Assembly: GCF_052425735.1 (NCBI RefSeq) | Contig: NC_135760.1 | Coordinates: 11,904,001-11,968,000, forward strand | From: Oculina patagonica | Lineage: Eukaryota | Length of the DNA stretch: 64,000 nt | Reading direction: 5' to 3' | Shown here: in pieces, positions 13,023-39,224 of the stretch | Position numbering within the stretch: the stretch's first letter is position 1 | How the letters are laid out: each line of letters starts with the position of its first letter | The notes under the pieces: model-generated | Told to the model about the DNA's origin: nothing | Databases searched by the model: none | The model's input: only the letters and a program-made list of their open reading frames with translations | Translations under genes and position numbers: made by a program

Positions 13023-15015
13023 TGTTTTGCAAACGGTGTACGCATGGAACGACGAAAAACTCAATTTGATAACACGAAAACATTCACACACTTTGCATAC
13101 GAACACATTTGATGAAACTCTTTCACATACAGAACTATCCCAGAGTTCCCAGAGGACATATTCAGACAGTCTCCCGTCCCAGTCCCTCCGTGTAACGCTC
13201 GAGAATCCGTGCGAAAAGACCCGCACGTGACTTGTCCCCGCACGCGTCTCAGAAACGCCGCTGTCATAGTGATTTGGCCCCCCCCCCCCCGGGGGGATTT
13301 GGGTATCCCAGGCGAGTTTTGGGTACCCCCGTACAGGTTAAGATGGTTTCCGTCGAACATTCGAGCAATACAGGCAAAAATAAAGTTACCAAAGAGACTT
13401 CATAGCATGGTAACAGTTTGAGTACAGCTAACAAAAACCTACCAAAACTTTAGCTCTCAAGCAGACCCCGCCAGAGAAAAATGGATTTGAAATTAACTAA
13501 TTTCAGTAAAAACGGACGTTTCACGCCAGGTTAAAACAAAATGACGCGCATTTTACGCATTTTTAAGAGGTTCGACTTTAATTTTCTTAAGAATGCTTTA
13601 GAATTTAATCACGGGGCACTAAGACAAATGAACTTTAGGGAGGTGTTTGAAATAGTATATAAAATGTTACCGTACTATGAGTAGGTTTTTGGTACTTATT
13701 TTTGCACTCATTGCTCGAACTTTCAGCGGAATCCGTCTTAAATGCGCGGACTTCAATCAGACGGTATTTTTGCTTTACGACTGTTTTCACCATAGTTAAT
13801 ATAGGGAAATGGTTAGGAAGCCCGGCAAACATCAAAGGAGCAAACAAAGAGGCCAAGATTTATTTGGAAGGTCCACGACCCTGCACATCTTTTGTTTTGC
13901 GCTCATACACTATGCATGAATTACGTAATCGTAATGTTTTTATTGGTTAGCTACCTGAACACACGTAACCATTTATTGTATTTTGTCAGGTTTTGTGCAG
14001 GGTCAACCCCCAAAATAGCGAACAAAAACATACAACAAAGAACTTTGTCGGGATTCCTAACCATTTCCCTCTATCAACTATGTTTTCACTGACGTATTGT
14101 TACTATAAATAATTGAATTTACTGAGACAAGGCTTCGTAGTAAGATAAATAGATTTTGAGCAGAATCGGGAATGACTTCACTTGTCCCAGTCTCCTGTAT
14201 TCTACGCTGTCAGTGTCTTGGGTATCCCATCTGGGGATACCCAAATTACTAGTAATTTTTGGGTAAGGGGGTACCTTAATCGAACCTTAAACTCGGGAAT
14301 ACCAAAATCACTGGGACACCACGAACTAAGACCGGACTGCAATCTCGCTATTTTGTTTCGCCGACAAAATGGATATTAACGTAAATCAGTTGAATCTCTA
14401 TTTCAACAAGAGAGTCTTACCCCGAAAGTAAGCAAAGAGCAAACCATGCGCTCCCCCATGATCACGAGTAAGTTTACAAGCTGTTTGCCTGTTTACGAGT
14501 AAGTTGTAATCTTAGAAGCCTATTCTGCACTGCACCATTCAGAATAATAGAAGACATGTGTCTTCCTTTCAGTGGGATAGTCAAGCTCTTTCCCATTGTT
14601 TGACGAGGGGGGAAAAGGGTTTTTGGGTGGTGAAAAGGGAAAAATTGTGTGGCGGTGAAAATAGGGAAAAAATTAGGGAGGTGAAAAATATTATAAAATT
14701 TTTTTTTTTTGGGAACAACCCCCCCTCCCCTTTGACCAGTTCACCGTTGGTGACCCCTTTCGGAAAGCTAAAGATTTTTGTTTGGTAGCTTAATAGAATT
14801 TTTTTATCATTGGTTTACAACCGTAAACGTCTGCTTGTCCAGCATATTAACTATATTCAGCATAATTAAATTATTTTATTTTTAGATTCGGAGAACCTTT
14901 CTGAAATGGTCGTACACATAGCATCGTTTTCAGAGTCATTTATTCAATCTTTCAGTTTTTATTTGTATCGGAACGGTTACAGACTTGACCGATAAACTTC
15001 AATGTATGCCAATTC

Positions 15016-17619
<2,604 letters not shown>

Positions 17620-18718
17620 TTTCAATTCGCTTTTTTTTTCGTATCCGCAAAAATTAGCGACGGAATAATCGAGGAAGTTCCGAGCTCCGAAAAAAGTAGC
17701 AACGTCTTTCAAAGAACTGGGAGTGGATTGAATACAATCAACCGAGCGCGACGATTTTGTTGCTTTGACAGAGCAGCTGTTACAAAACTTAATGGTTCTA
17801 CTTTATGATGAAGAAAAATTAACATAATTTAAAAAAAAATTGAAAAGATGATCAGTTGGAGACTAAATTCTGACATGATAACATTTGTTCTGGATTATTT
17901 GATTGGCTAAGAGTGAGAAACTCATGTTAATTGTAGCGTTGACAACGCGGTGTGTGGTTTCCATTAAATCACAATACTATTTTCTATTCATAAAAATTTC
18001 ATTGTGCCTCCTCCGATTTGTTTTGACAACTCTACTGAAAAGCAGACAGTCTTGTTACGTTCAATTAAACTTAAGAAGGAAAACAGACTGAAACCTAAGT
18101 CTTAATAAATGTTATGAATGTAGATTTAGTGATGGATTTTTTTTTAAGGCAAGGTATTTTTTTAGCCAATAATATTGCCTTAAACAAATATATTCAGTGA
18201 CAGCCCTATATGCGTATAAAGGTTTAACTGAAATGAGAGAATCAAAACATAACTGATATTCGTTTTTTCGTTTTTGCGCCGAAAACACAAATATAAAAGC
18301 TCGTTTCCTTTTTATCCAAGTGTCACATTAATCCATGTATGAGGGAGTGCCGGATTCAAATTAAGAATGCTTTGTCATAAAATGCATCCGCATAATTAAT
18401 TTAAACTCTTAGTTTCATTCGTGTGATTGTTAGCTGGGGGAAGGAAACTTGCTTTTGAATAAATTTCGAAGTCGCTTTAAAAATGGAGAACGAAATAAGG
18501 GATAAGGGTTCCAACTCATGTAGGCTTTCACGGTAGACTGCAGTCAGGCATGCGTATAATTTACATTTCTAATAAGCTAAGCCGCGCGCTTCGCCATGCG
18601 CTCAGTCGCGTGCCCAGCCGCGCGTTCAGCCGCGTTGTTGGCCTGTAAAATTTAGAGATCTGTAGACGTCTCTTTAAATCGCCACATGCTTGCAAGAATG
18701 CCTACGTCTGAGTCTTTA

Positions 18719-19074
18719 GGCCTGGTTAAACTAGGAAACATTGTTGCGGAACCATTGTTCCTTGCCATGTTTTCTAGGTGGCTAAATTAGCGGAAAGCAA
18801 GGAAAATGTTTTGCTGCCCGAGTGGCTAAACTAGGAACAATGTTCCGGGAACAAAGTGTCACGCATGCCCATAAACTAGTCAACATTGTTTCCGTGGCGG
18901 CTAAACTGGACAACATATGTTTCGGAAGCAAAATTTGTGTCCGGCAAGCAAAAATGTTTTTGATGAGGACATTTTTTGTTTCCGTGAAGGAAAATTTTTT
19001 TCCGCAACATATGTTTCCCGCGTGGCTAAACTGGGAAACATTTGAGTCCGCAACAATGTTTGTTTAGCCAGGCC
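18719..19074. mobile_element. MITE with GGCCTGG(T/C)TAAAC terminal inverted repeats
   Basis: TIRs at both ends. Internal repeats of GTGGCTAAACT.GGAAACA. Confidence 0.7.
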
Positions 19075-19822
19075 TTTAGTCGCGCTTCTTTTTAGGAGAA
19101 AAGGGAAACGAGATCAAATGCTTTCTAACAGGAAAAACTGGACTTTCTTTGATCGCATTCTAGCAAATTTTGCGCGTCTTGCAACAACACTCTTTTAATT
19201 TTGGTGTTTTCTTCTCCTGATCTCAGGATGTTGCGCCCAGTGTGGCACTCTATGTCCCGGTCTTAAATGCTAAATTGGTGCCGTCAGTCTATTAATTGTA
19301 ATCAAATTTTTTTCTAACGTGCTGAAAATACCCCGCTCGCGAATGGGCACAACAACCAGTTGTTTGTCAGTTGCTTCACACAGTTGTTCGTCAGTTGGTT
19401 TCAGGCAATCGATGTTTAATCGATAATCACAAGTAAAATTTAGTTCCTGTATAACCACGCTCAATCAAAACACGAAACAAAGATGACTGAACAAACCAAT
19501 GAAGGTAATTTATTCAAACAATACGCCATAGCTGGTCAGATACCCAAGCGAACAGTGATATTCATTCAAATCAAAGATCAGCCAGTGGCTATCACCGTCG
19601 ACTGGAAATCCTAGAGAACTATAGGTTGCGTCGATTACAGTCTCGATTACAGGCAGTAGCACTAATTAGTTTAGGCTGCATCTCACAAAACTCTCAGTTC
19701 CTTTCAAAATCACACTTTTTTTATCGTATAGTGAAAAAGTTTTGAAAGCAGTTTCAGGAATAAATACAACGAATTTCCTAATTTACATTTTCCTGTCCAG
19801 TTACTACTGAGAGAGAACATAA

Positions 19823-23507
<3,685 letters not shown>

Positions 23508-24335
23508 TTTGAAAAAAGTTATGCGTCGAAAAATGATCCTAAAAACTGAAGATTTGAAAAATTCCTCTGTCGAAAAAGTAGTAACGTCGCCTCTCGAGCG
23601 AGGATTAAAATGATAGTATTTTGCTTGTTTCGTTTTATTTTGTTTAAAAACTACGGGAAACTACAGGTTAAAACTGGTGCGGTTAGCCATGGAACATAAA
23701 CTCCAGCAGGTTTACATTGGAGAGTGTTGTCGCATCGCAGACTCGTCTCCAAGCTGAGGCATCACTTCCCCTTGGTCGTGCACAGACCAAGGGGAGCGTT
23801 TTGGAACGTAGGAGGCTCGGGCGGGGAGGGGGGCGGCGTTGGGGTTTGGGCATTGGGTCAAAGACTGTCCCAAAATTACTCGGATGGTTTTCATATTTGG
23901 AGCAAGTTCTTTTTCTGTTTTAGCAACATTTTGCATTCTGAGTAGTTTCTACATCGAAGATTTCCGAAGATTTTAATTGTTGTTCGAACGGCCGTACGAA
24001 CGTATCCAATAAGTTTTCGAACTTTTCCGAAGATAAACGAAGTTTACCAAATTAAAGATTTCAGAGAAAGTTTCGATGTTTGAACTTTCGATCGTTCAGC
24101 CTAAAAAGCTCATCAGCAGATAAGACGTCATCGATTTCTTTGCGATTGTTCTCGGTGAAAGAAATCCCTTTCAGAATCCTTTTAATTTAACAAGTAATGG
24201 CCCTAATTTTTTGTAAAGGAAAGTTCAGACGATCCTACTTCATGAAGCTTCTTGATCCTCGCATCTTGTGTAGCTCTTTTGTCGCCAGAGGGCATAAAAT
24301 GAGGCTCTAAAGTCGCCCATTTCAAAGATAACGTC

Positions 24336-24381
<46 letters not shown>

Positions 24382-25420
24382 GTAAACAGTTTATGGACCT
24401 CTGCTAGTGGCGTTCTGGAGAGAGGAGGTTTGTTAATTGAAAGTCCTATTACTTCGCCAAAAACGATCCTGTTGAAACGATCACGAAACGGGATAACTTA
24501 ACACTGTCTTAACAAACTAATTTTGCACTGCGGTCGCGATATTTTCGTCTCCAAAACGTGGGGGGCTGCCAGCCCCCCAAATTTTCGTTTGGGGGGCTAT
24601 TGCCCCCCTCCTTGCCCCCTTGCTCCGTCGCCTAGCGCAGTAGCGCCTATGGTGCAAGGGTTCTCGGGAAAAAGCCGAGAGGAGGCGAAGAGGCCACCAT
24701 CGGCCACATTCTGAAATCGCAACCTCAGATTATAATCCTTTATAATAATTTTTTACCCCTTAAAAGGGACACTGTCACCAGTTTTTACTTCAAAAACTCT
24801 TATTATTCCAAATTATTATTATTAAAAACTCAAGAGCCTAAAGACATATGGAAACTACGAATAGTGGTTCAATTTTGTTAAAGATCACCATGCAAGTGTA
24901 CTGAAGCGATAAACAAGGGAAGGGAAACGAGAATTTGTTCAAGAAAACTGTAGTTTGGAAAATTTGGGGAAAAATTGCGGTGCTTGACTGATTGAAGGAG
25001 ATCCAAGGGAAATGACTTACTGTCAGAAATCGAGGCCTCCAGAAATTGGGATTCGACTTTTAGTTTGTCACCTCTGGGTCATCGAGCGTCGCGTGGCGAC
25101 TCAAATAACGGGCTGCGACTAGCCTCCTCCTCAGGCGTACTTTCCGCGCTGCAAAAACAAAAGAGAGAAGCGTCTGGGTACGAGGCAGGGATGCGAAGGA
25201 AATCTAAGATGTGCTTTCCTGTACACATCGTAACGGTGCTGTTCTTTGAGCTACCGGCCGGAAAACTGCGACATATATGATATAATTGCGTCTTCATTTG
25301 AATAACAAAACCTTAACATCGTAGGCCTCACATTCACATAATAGATCTTCTGTCAAAAAAACAACCACACGTGCACATGAGACTTAAGATGTACCTAGTA
25401 AATGGCCTAGCTCACAGCGA

Positions 25421-25530
25421 GTCTCACGTAGCTCAGTTGGTTAGAGCGCCCAACCGGTATCTGGGAGGCCATGGGTTCGATTCCCGTCGGGGACTCAGAT
25501 TTTTTCTTTGCCCCACGCTCGTGTCATGTA
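25421..25530 (+). mobile_element. tRNA-derived SINE head (tRNA-like repeat)
   Basis: TAGCTCAGTTGGTTAGAGC A-box and GGTTCGATTCCC B-box are present, but the anticodon and acceptor arms are not clean. Confidence 0.6.
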
Positions 25531-26117
25531 GAATAATTTCTTCACTACAAAAGTATTGTTATTCAAATTTGAGCGCCCTTTATGCAAAATGTCCATTTAC
25601 AGTATATGGTTTCCAAGCGACGAAAATAATCCCATTGTACCATTGTGTGCTAAACTGTCAACAGTTTTACTTTCTCTCGCGTTGAAAACTGGATTCTAGC
25701 AGGGGGAGGTACAGGTACAACTTGTGGATAATTGGTTCAAGCTAGCCTTTGCATGCAACTCCCTCGCATCCATGTTTAAATCTTGCATGTCGGTATAATT
25801 TTATTTGGCATCTTTACTCCGGTTGGGTTCTAGTGCTGGTCTTCTCATAGTTATTAATTTTGGTTACTTACCCACTTTCACCCCTCTCCCTCAGGAAATT
25901 CTGTTACGCAAATTATGCAAATTCTATTGTTACAAAATAGCTGTCAACACGCGGTTGCTATGAAAATGTACTTATAAGGAGCGCGCAAAACCACTCCCTC
26001 ATTCACAAACGGACACTGTCTTCCAGCGAAAGCCGTTGCCTTTCAAGAGAAGAATCTTTGCCCAAAATTTAAGCTTTAACTTATTCGACTGCTCGTTTTT
26101 ACCAATCCTACATCAAG

Positions 26118-28751
<2,634 letters not shown>

Positions 28752-29530
28752 ACAAGTTGCTCCATTTTTGTCAGGAAAACTGTGTTTGGAAAATTGAGCA
28801 TTAAAGATTTGTTTGAGTGCACTGAATGTGTGGTAGTATTTGTAACTAAAACGTTACGCCCTGCAAGAAAGTTTAAAAACCTTCAATACAATTTATTGGC
28901 TAGAACAAAAAAAAGACCACAAAATTGCGTTGACGGAAAGCCACTCTGTACCAGTCGGCTCCTTAGCCATTTGGATTATTTGATCGAATTTACCATAAAT
29001 ATTAAGAACTGATAAATTGAATTAGAATACCCAAAGCGATACAAAAACCTCAAAAAAGTACAATGCATCCTCGTTAGTGTCACTTTGAGAGAGTTGTCTT
29101 CGAAAATAAAAGCAGTGGCTTCTCGAGGAGCGATATTTTTTTCTGATAATCGGTTTAATTTCAGTGATATCAGGCTTTCTTTGTGCCAGTCCTTTCAACG
29201 ACTTAGCCTTTTTGGGACAGCGAAATAATCGCCAGTTTCTTTGTGTTCTTGCTCCACATCGCGCGCACAGAAATGTAACGCGTGTGGCCCTTTCTGTGTT
29301 GCGTAACCCGCGAATACAGCCGCCTCTGATCGTTCCCGCTAATACGTGCGAAAAGCAAAGAGAAACGTCTGCGATTCGCGTTTCGAACGTAGAAGCGAGA
29401 GTGATGAGAGGCGACTGTATTCGCAGGCTATGTGCTGCCAGGCCCGAGTTCTAATTTTAGTCACTGGAAGTTCTCGTGGGAACAGCACAGCACCCCGGGG
29501 ACAAGTTACTATTCCCTATGTCAGGTGACC

Positions 29531-29555
29531 TGACGTCACACGTGCAATATAAATA
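29531..29555 (+). promoter_or_regulatory. Core promoter of tubulin copy 4: CRE (TGACGTCA), E-box (CACGTG) and TATA box (TATAAATA)
   Basis: Three perfect motifs lie back to back ~150-175 bp upstream of the ATG at 29704. Confidence 0.6.
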
Positions 29556-29703
29556 GGGTGCGTCGCCCGCGAGGTCTGATAACGCAGTAGCTGTCGGTTA
29601 CAATTTGTCTCTGTTCGTTGGTTGCTTCACGAAGGAGGGGTCATTTAACTTTTCGGCGATTATTGCTTTTTGGCGTTGCTGTTAAAATCTACAACATCTC
29701 AAA

Positions 29704-32996
<3,293 letters not shown>

Positions 32997-34417
32997 AGAC
33001 GCAGTTACCATCACCGGAATCAACTAAAACGAGTGTCCAAAAATTGATCATTAAAGATTTGTTTCATGATACTGGATACGTTGTGGTTTATTTTGTAGTG
33101 TAATAAATTGCAGTATCATATAAGTTAGGATAGTTATGCGACGTGCTGACTGTGTGATTCAAAGGGAAAAAGGTAAAGAATTCGCAGCGCAAAGCATTCT
33201 TAAATAAAAGGAAAAGGCTCTTTTGTATCGAAAATCTGGAAACTATTGAAATGAATTTTGTTTCTCGGCTTGGAAATTTGAGGATAACAGTTTCTCGCCC
33301 ATCCGGCCTCTCACTGTCACTGAGTTTGTAAAGGTAACATACGGTGAGCTACAGTATGCGGGGCCGTAGCAGGACTATTTACATAGACGAGGCAAAAGTT
33401 TTGAATGTCAAAGGCACGAGCCATTAGCGGGGCCGGAAAGAAAATTTTTAAATGTAGAAGCTCAGGGACACTGTTTTTAGCATTTTTCACGAGGTATTTC
33501 TTCAGAAAAGCAATCAGGTGCCATTTGGGAATTATTTTCCCACCTGAACGTATTTGTTTAAAAAAGATTGCTTAAAAACTAGACGAGGCAAGTGCCTCGT
33601 CTTGCCTCTTGCTTGTTACGGCCCTGGTATGCAGCCTAAAACGCTTATATAATAATTTTTTTTTTGAAAATTTATAACAAGATATGGTAAAGATTTGATG
33701 TTGCAAGTAAACTTTTTTCACAAATCCTTTTATACAGGTCATACAGCCAAGTTGAGCCAGATTGCATGGGAATGTTTAAGCACCGGCTAGTCTTGCGGAT
33801 ATTTGTCTGACGTGCATTTGCATTTCTTTCACACTCGGACAAAACGTCCTGGCCGTTGTGTCATATTGCTCTGCCTTATCGTACCCAAATTCATCTTGTC
33901 TACCCGTCCTGAGGCTCTCCCAGGGGTTTCAAGGGACAAGGGAACATAGCTGTTTCCTTTTTGGGAACATAGGAACAAAAGGAAAATAGAACTGGGAACT
34001 CGGGAACAAGAGCGTATTTTAGGGAACAGGGAGCACCAAAATCGAAGTAATACTTAAAGAGAAGACGGGGGCACTAGGAATATTTTGTTTGGAACATGGG
34101 AACATATGGACCTTGCCCCCCCCCCCCCCGCTCCCGGAGACCCCTCGAGCTCCATCCTAAATTCCTGCTGAAGTGAGGTTTCCCTTACTTTAAGTTGATC
34201 ATACACTGACTCTGCTATGGACTTAGCCAGTGAGCCAGCCATGGACACGTCTTAGTCAAACCAAAAACAGTTTGGATGCAGGGGACCACGCAACGAAGAA
34301 AAAACTGCTTGGCTTGTCTGCTGCCAGATCCCGTTCAAGAACTGCTCGTACCAGACGCCACTTTAAGTGCTAACAGAAACCTATTATGGGTTTCTGGTGC
34401 TAACCGAAACCAGATTA

Positions 34418-34816
34418 CAGGGGCACCCAACGGAATATTTCGTTAAAATATCTGTTCTGAAGACGATTTGAGATGTAGAATTTTCGGAACATTCATTGTA
34501 AATTTTTTTGCTTGCCTGCCTTTCCTAGGATTTTCGAATATCTAAAAAATGGTATAACTGTTCATTTTTAACGGATTTTTTACTCTAAAAAGGTCACCTA
34601 GAATTTTCGGGAGCCTTTCTCTGGCTGGAATTTGTGAAAAGGTAAGTTTTGATCCCTGTAACTTTCGGATCACTAGACTTTCAGCTAGGAAATCCGAACA
34701 GATAAAAAAAATTTAGGGGATAAAAATATGCTTATATCTACCGTTTAAATACTAAAATACGTTCAACGGTGCTATCTTTAAGTGGTTTTGAACTATATTC
34801 TCGATGGGTGCCCCTG
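34418..34816. mobile_element. MITE with CAGGGGCACCCA TIRs
   Basis: 12-bp perfect TIR with an AGATTA direct repeat on both flanks. Confidence 0.8.
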
Positions 34817-34933
34817 AGATTACCGGTAATTGCAAGGCTGGTACAACGGCAGGAGGGCAAGATTTATTGGCCAATATTTCAACTAGCAGAGCTAGTCTTT
34901 TTCAGGGCCAGTACTACAATCCTTATGTAGTAC

Positions 34934-34976
34934 TGGCCCTGAAGAAGACTAGCTCTGCTAGTTGAAATATTGGCCA
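34934..34976 (+). ncRNA. Putative minimal type I hammerhead ribozyme (Penelope-type) in a palindrome at 34867-34977
   Basis: TGGCC-CTGAAGA-A-GACTAGC/TCT/GCTAGTT-GAAAT-ATT-GGCCA: stem I, conserved core, stem II and a palindromic mini stem III. Confidence 0.6.
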
Positions 34977-36098
34977 ACAAGAACATTGAGAAGCTTGAGA
35001 AGCTTAAAATCGGGCGCTTTGCCTTGAAAGGCAGGGTTCAGTACAGCTGAAACCACGAAGCAGTTACTTAAGTAGCACTCAGTCTGACTGTGTTTGTGTA
35101 AGTCACAGGGCTTGCATGAGCTGTATTAGTGTGCATAATATAATATCTAGAACGTTGTCGAGATTGCATTATTACTTAATGACATGATGGTTTCAATTTA
35201 TAAATGTATCTCACACAATACTGTAAGGTGCGGTTTCACCTGAAGGTCGTGTGCTTTTCGGTATTTTCCAGGCATTGCACTTTGATGGGACAGTACTACA
35301 ACTGTTTACCGGGGAACTACTATTGTCAAGAAAATGATCACAACTTGTTGATGAATGATTGAACATTTGTTTCATACCATTACTGTAATAGCAATTGATG
35401 AAGGCTTTTAGTCCTGAACCAAAGTATAAGGACTGGGAAATACTGAAACCCATTATCAGCCACCTTAAACGGAAATATCTTGTTGGTGTTTCAAGGAATC
35501 CAAGGAAACTTCACTCATCCCATGTATCTATGTATTGCGGTATTTTGTAATTTTTTGAGTGATTTTTGGGGATGTTTGGCAGGTGATAGTTTTTTTTAAA
35601 AGAATTAGTAAAATTTAGACAACTAAGAAATATTGAAAATTTAATGTGAATTTAACATTGGAATTTGAAGTTAGAAATTGGCAGACGGACACCAAACAGT
35701 CCCGTGACATCCTGGAGTGTTTTTGCATGGGGGTCAACTGTGTGATGATGTTTCCATTTTTTCTTCAATCCCCACTGATAAAGAACTGTTGTTGGTGTTA
35801 TGTTGGTGTTATCACATGTCAAGCCTTTAACAAGGTATGAAAGAACACAAGGATTTAAATTATTCTGGTGCTCAATTTTTGCGTAACTAAAATTAATGTT
35901 ACTCAAATTCCTGATGGATTCTGTCTTAAACTGTTACGAGCTTAGTATTTCCAAATTATTGCATGTCAATGTAAGGCAAGACAAGACATGCCTTGGTTCT
36001 TATGTAATTCTCTTAAAAACACATAAGATATTGACTATAATTTTGTCTGTGCTATGGCAATTCACAGTGGGGTGGTCTTGATGTGTCTTTAACTTGTA

Positions 36099-36871
36099 GA
36101 CTGGACTGGACTAATAAAACGCGGACTAGTAAAACGCGGACTTGTAAAACGCCTCTAGACACTTCGAATTCCTTGGCCACAATCATCTTACGGCTCTCTT
36201 CAATACATAATGTCTCAAAAAAACAGTAACCTCAGAAAGAAGTCAGAAGCAAATAAGGTCGAAAGACCGAATTTGAACATATAACGGCAAATGTTCTAAT
36301 GTCACGAACGTAGGAGTCGTGTAGGCCCGTCACCTTTATTTACGATTGACTGTTGATTTCTGGACGGGCCCCGTTCTACCTCGTGCGAGCAATACAAACG
36401 ACTGCACTCAACAGACGTCAAGTAGTGGAAAGAAAGAAACATATGCACACAACTCATAGCATCAATCCCGTTGTTTTAGTAGGGGTTTGCAGAACGAACA
36501 TGTGCTATACTGCAAAAACATCTCCACGCTAAAACAGACCATAGAGTGCTCAAAAAAGCTAGAAATATGCCGTCGAAGAAACACACAAGAGCTTCAAACA
36601 CAAATTGTTTCGCTCGCTAAACCGTTTAGTTTTATCCGATTTACAAGCGCTTGTTTTACAAGTCCGCGTTCTACAAGTCCGTGCTTAACAAGCCCTCGTT
36701 TTACAAGTCCGCGTTTTACAAGTCCGCGTTTTACTAGTCCTCGTTTTACAAGTCCGCGTTTTACCTGAGTCCGCGTTTTACTAGTCCGCGTTTTACAAGT
36801 CCGCGTTTTACTAGTCCGCGTTTTACAAGTCCGCGTTTTACTAGTCCGCGTTTTACTAGTCCAGTCCAGTC
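36099..36871. mobile_element. Non-autonomous TIR element with subterminal 15-bp tandem arrays
   Basis: GACTGGACTGGACTA...TAGTCCAGTCCAGTC termini. (TTTTAC[A/T]AGTCCGCG)n runs from ~36640 to 36860, with inverted copies at 36110-36150. Confidence 0.8.
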
Positions 36872-38922
36872 CTCAAAATACAGTATGCCAAAACTCCCCG
36901 CCCTCTAAAGATAAGTCCTTGACGGTTCTTGTCGTTTTTCGGTGCCTATTCATCTTCGGCATCTTTCTCATCCACCTCTCGTTCTGTCCTGTGTCTGTCA
37001 TCACACGAAAGAAAAGCTGATTCTCAACAAATCTGCCACAAAAGGAAATTGACAAAAACAATATGAAAACCATATATCGAAAGTTTCTTATTCTAAAATT
37101 TTATCGTACGTCTTAATTCAGAGCTACAAAGAAGTTCCTCCTTTTGAGTTATTGATACTGTTCTTACAGTACCTCTTTCCACTAGCGAAATTTTACAAAA
37201 TTCCTTCGCGGCGAAAAGGTAGCGCGAATCCAGAACAGACTCCAATCGAGAGTGGGTTAATTCTAGATTACTATTAATTAAGAGTGTGCCCGTGAGAGAA
37301 CAGGGCAGAACCATGCAACAGGTGATACAGCTCATATCACCGATTTCGCCCAAACTTAGCACAAATGTTGGGTATGGTGAGCTATTTACTGTGGCAAAAC
37401 ATCAACTCAAAATATTTTATTCCCTTCAAGTTATGGCACCTTTTGCAAAAATGGCCATTTTTCACTAATTTATGCATATTTAATTAGCTGACTTTGATTG
37501 ACCAGTTCCACAAGAAAAAAAGACTTCTGAAAATAAAATTCACTGCACTATATTCTGTGGTTATTAGGCTTTAAGTACAATAATTCACTTTAACCGTCAA
37601 ATTTGATTTCTTCTCCTCAAACGGTCTTTTGGAAGGTACACATTTCGTACTGTTGGAAATAGCCTTTAACTAGTGCCCAATATCTCCCATGAGCAACAAC
37701 TTATATACATTATTCTTACATGGGTAATGAAGTCCATTATTAAACTTTACAAAAATGCAACAAAATGTCTGGGGACTACAATATTTTATTAGTATTGAGG
37801 AACTAAACACACGTGACTTAACGATTTCTTGCTATTTCATCAAAATTCACCGAAACACAGAAGCCATTTATTTGCCTCAATTTGGCATAAAATCGGTACG
37901 AAATAGCTAATCAAGCATTAATCTATAGATAACAATCAAAATATTGGCGAAGAAAAGGCAGTTAGGGCATTTTTCGGAGCGTTTTCAGAGCCATATAATT
38001 CGGCAATGTTGTGATACAGCAAATGTAAAAACAGCAGCGAAAGATTTTCTTTACAAGCTCGCTCAATTCAACATTTAGGCACATCAGAGTAAAGAAACAA
38101 GAAAGTAATACTACATACATGCCACTTATCGACACACAGATGCTTTCTTTTGAAGAATTTGTTCTTCCTCGCTGCACTTCGATCCTTCGATCGATCTCAA
38201 TTGACATGTACTGTTGCTTTGAGGCGCGATGAACTTAGCCAATACATCGTGGTTCATCCTTCGTGAAAGGTGTAAGCAGGTTGTCAATAAAGTCATTCAA
38301 AGAGCTGTTCAAAGTTTACGGAAGGACACTTGTCTCAGCCAGTTTGCATGAAATAAATTTAACTGGAAAATAAACAGCCGCCATGTTGAATTTCTACCTT
38401 TGAGCCTGCCGTTTCAGTCAGCGGTACGGCTGTTCACTGGGCATCACGCGTCCATCACGCGTGACCACACCACACGCGCGATCATTTGCTTTTCCTCCCC
38501 GAGTGTTCGTTGGATGCGTTTGTGATGAAAATGAGAATATTTTCAAATTGTCGTAGGGAAAACAATTTCCTCCGCTACAGCTTGACGTGTTTACCGCAAT
38601 GTGATGCTGAACGAACTCTAGGGTGCTTACCATTTGTTGGAGAGAACCGGTTGGAATGACCACTGAAAAATGGAAAGGCTTCTTTCCAAAATTTGCAAAC
38701 TAACCGAAATAGATGTCGCTTACCATTTGTAGCTCAGTTTCCTGTTATTTCTTTCCGTTGATGGGAGACCTGATGCATGGGAAACTAGAACTGGGAAACC
38801 TTACAAATGGTAAGAAAATTTCTGACGTTCCGTCAATCTCCGAAGAGATTTTCCAGAAAAAATACTGTTCCATTTGACTTTCACCGAGACAGAGTTCTTG
38901 ATTTTTCTGTTCAACGGTCGGC

Positions 38923-39111
38923 TAGCCTGCGTGGCAGGCGTCGTTAGTTTCTAGCGCGCGCATGGGAGAAACGCGAAAGGCGCGAGAGCGCCACGCGAGG
39001 AAAAAATCGAGAAGACGGCGTCTCCTCGATTTTTACCTCGCGTGGCCTTCTCGCGATCGCGCACTCTTTTACGCGCGCTAAAAACTACACAGACGCCTGC
39101 TACGCAGGCTA
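38923..39111. mobile_element. Hairpin MITE TAGCCTGCGT.GCAGGCGTC...GACGCCTGC.ACGCAGGCTA
   Basis: Near-palindromic over its full length. Related GCAGGCTA ends occur at ~4530, 29425, 50192 and 51200. Confidence 0.75.
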
Positions 39112-39224
39112 ACGGTCGGCATGCACGGCAACCAAATCAAAATAATTGTTTATGTTCCAAAATGACGCTAAATGGCGGTATAAAACTGCTCCGACGTCTC
39201 GGCAATACTGCCTTTTTGGGGGTG

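Noticed and set aside
25421-25497. Possible tRNA gene
   Set aside because: A- and B-boxes are present but the anticodon and acceptor stems do not form properly. It is treated as a SINE head; tRNAscan-SE would decide.
36640-36865. Regular repeats resembling a CRISPR array, or an (SPRFT)n protein
   Set aside because: These are contiguous 15-bp units with no unique spacers, lie inside a TIR element, and have no cas genes nearby in a eukaryotic context.
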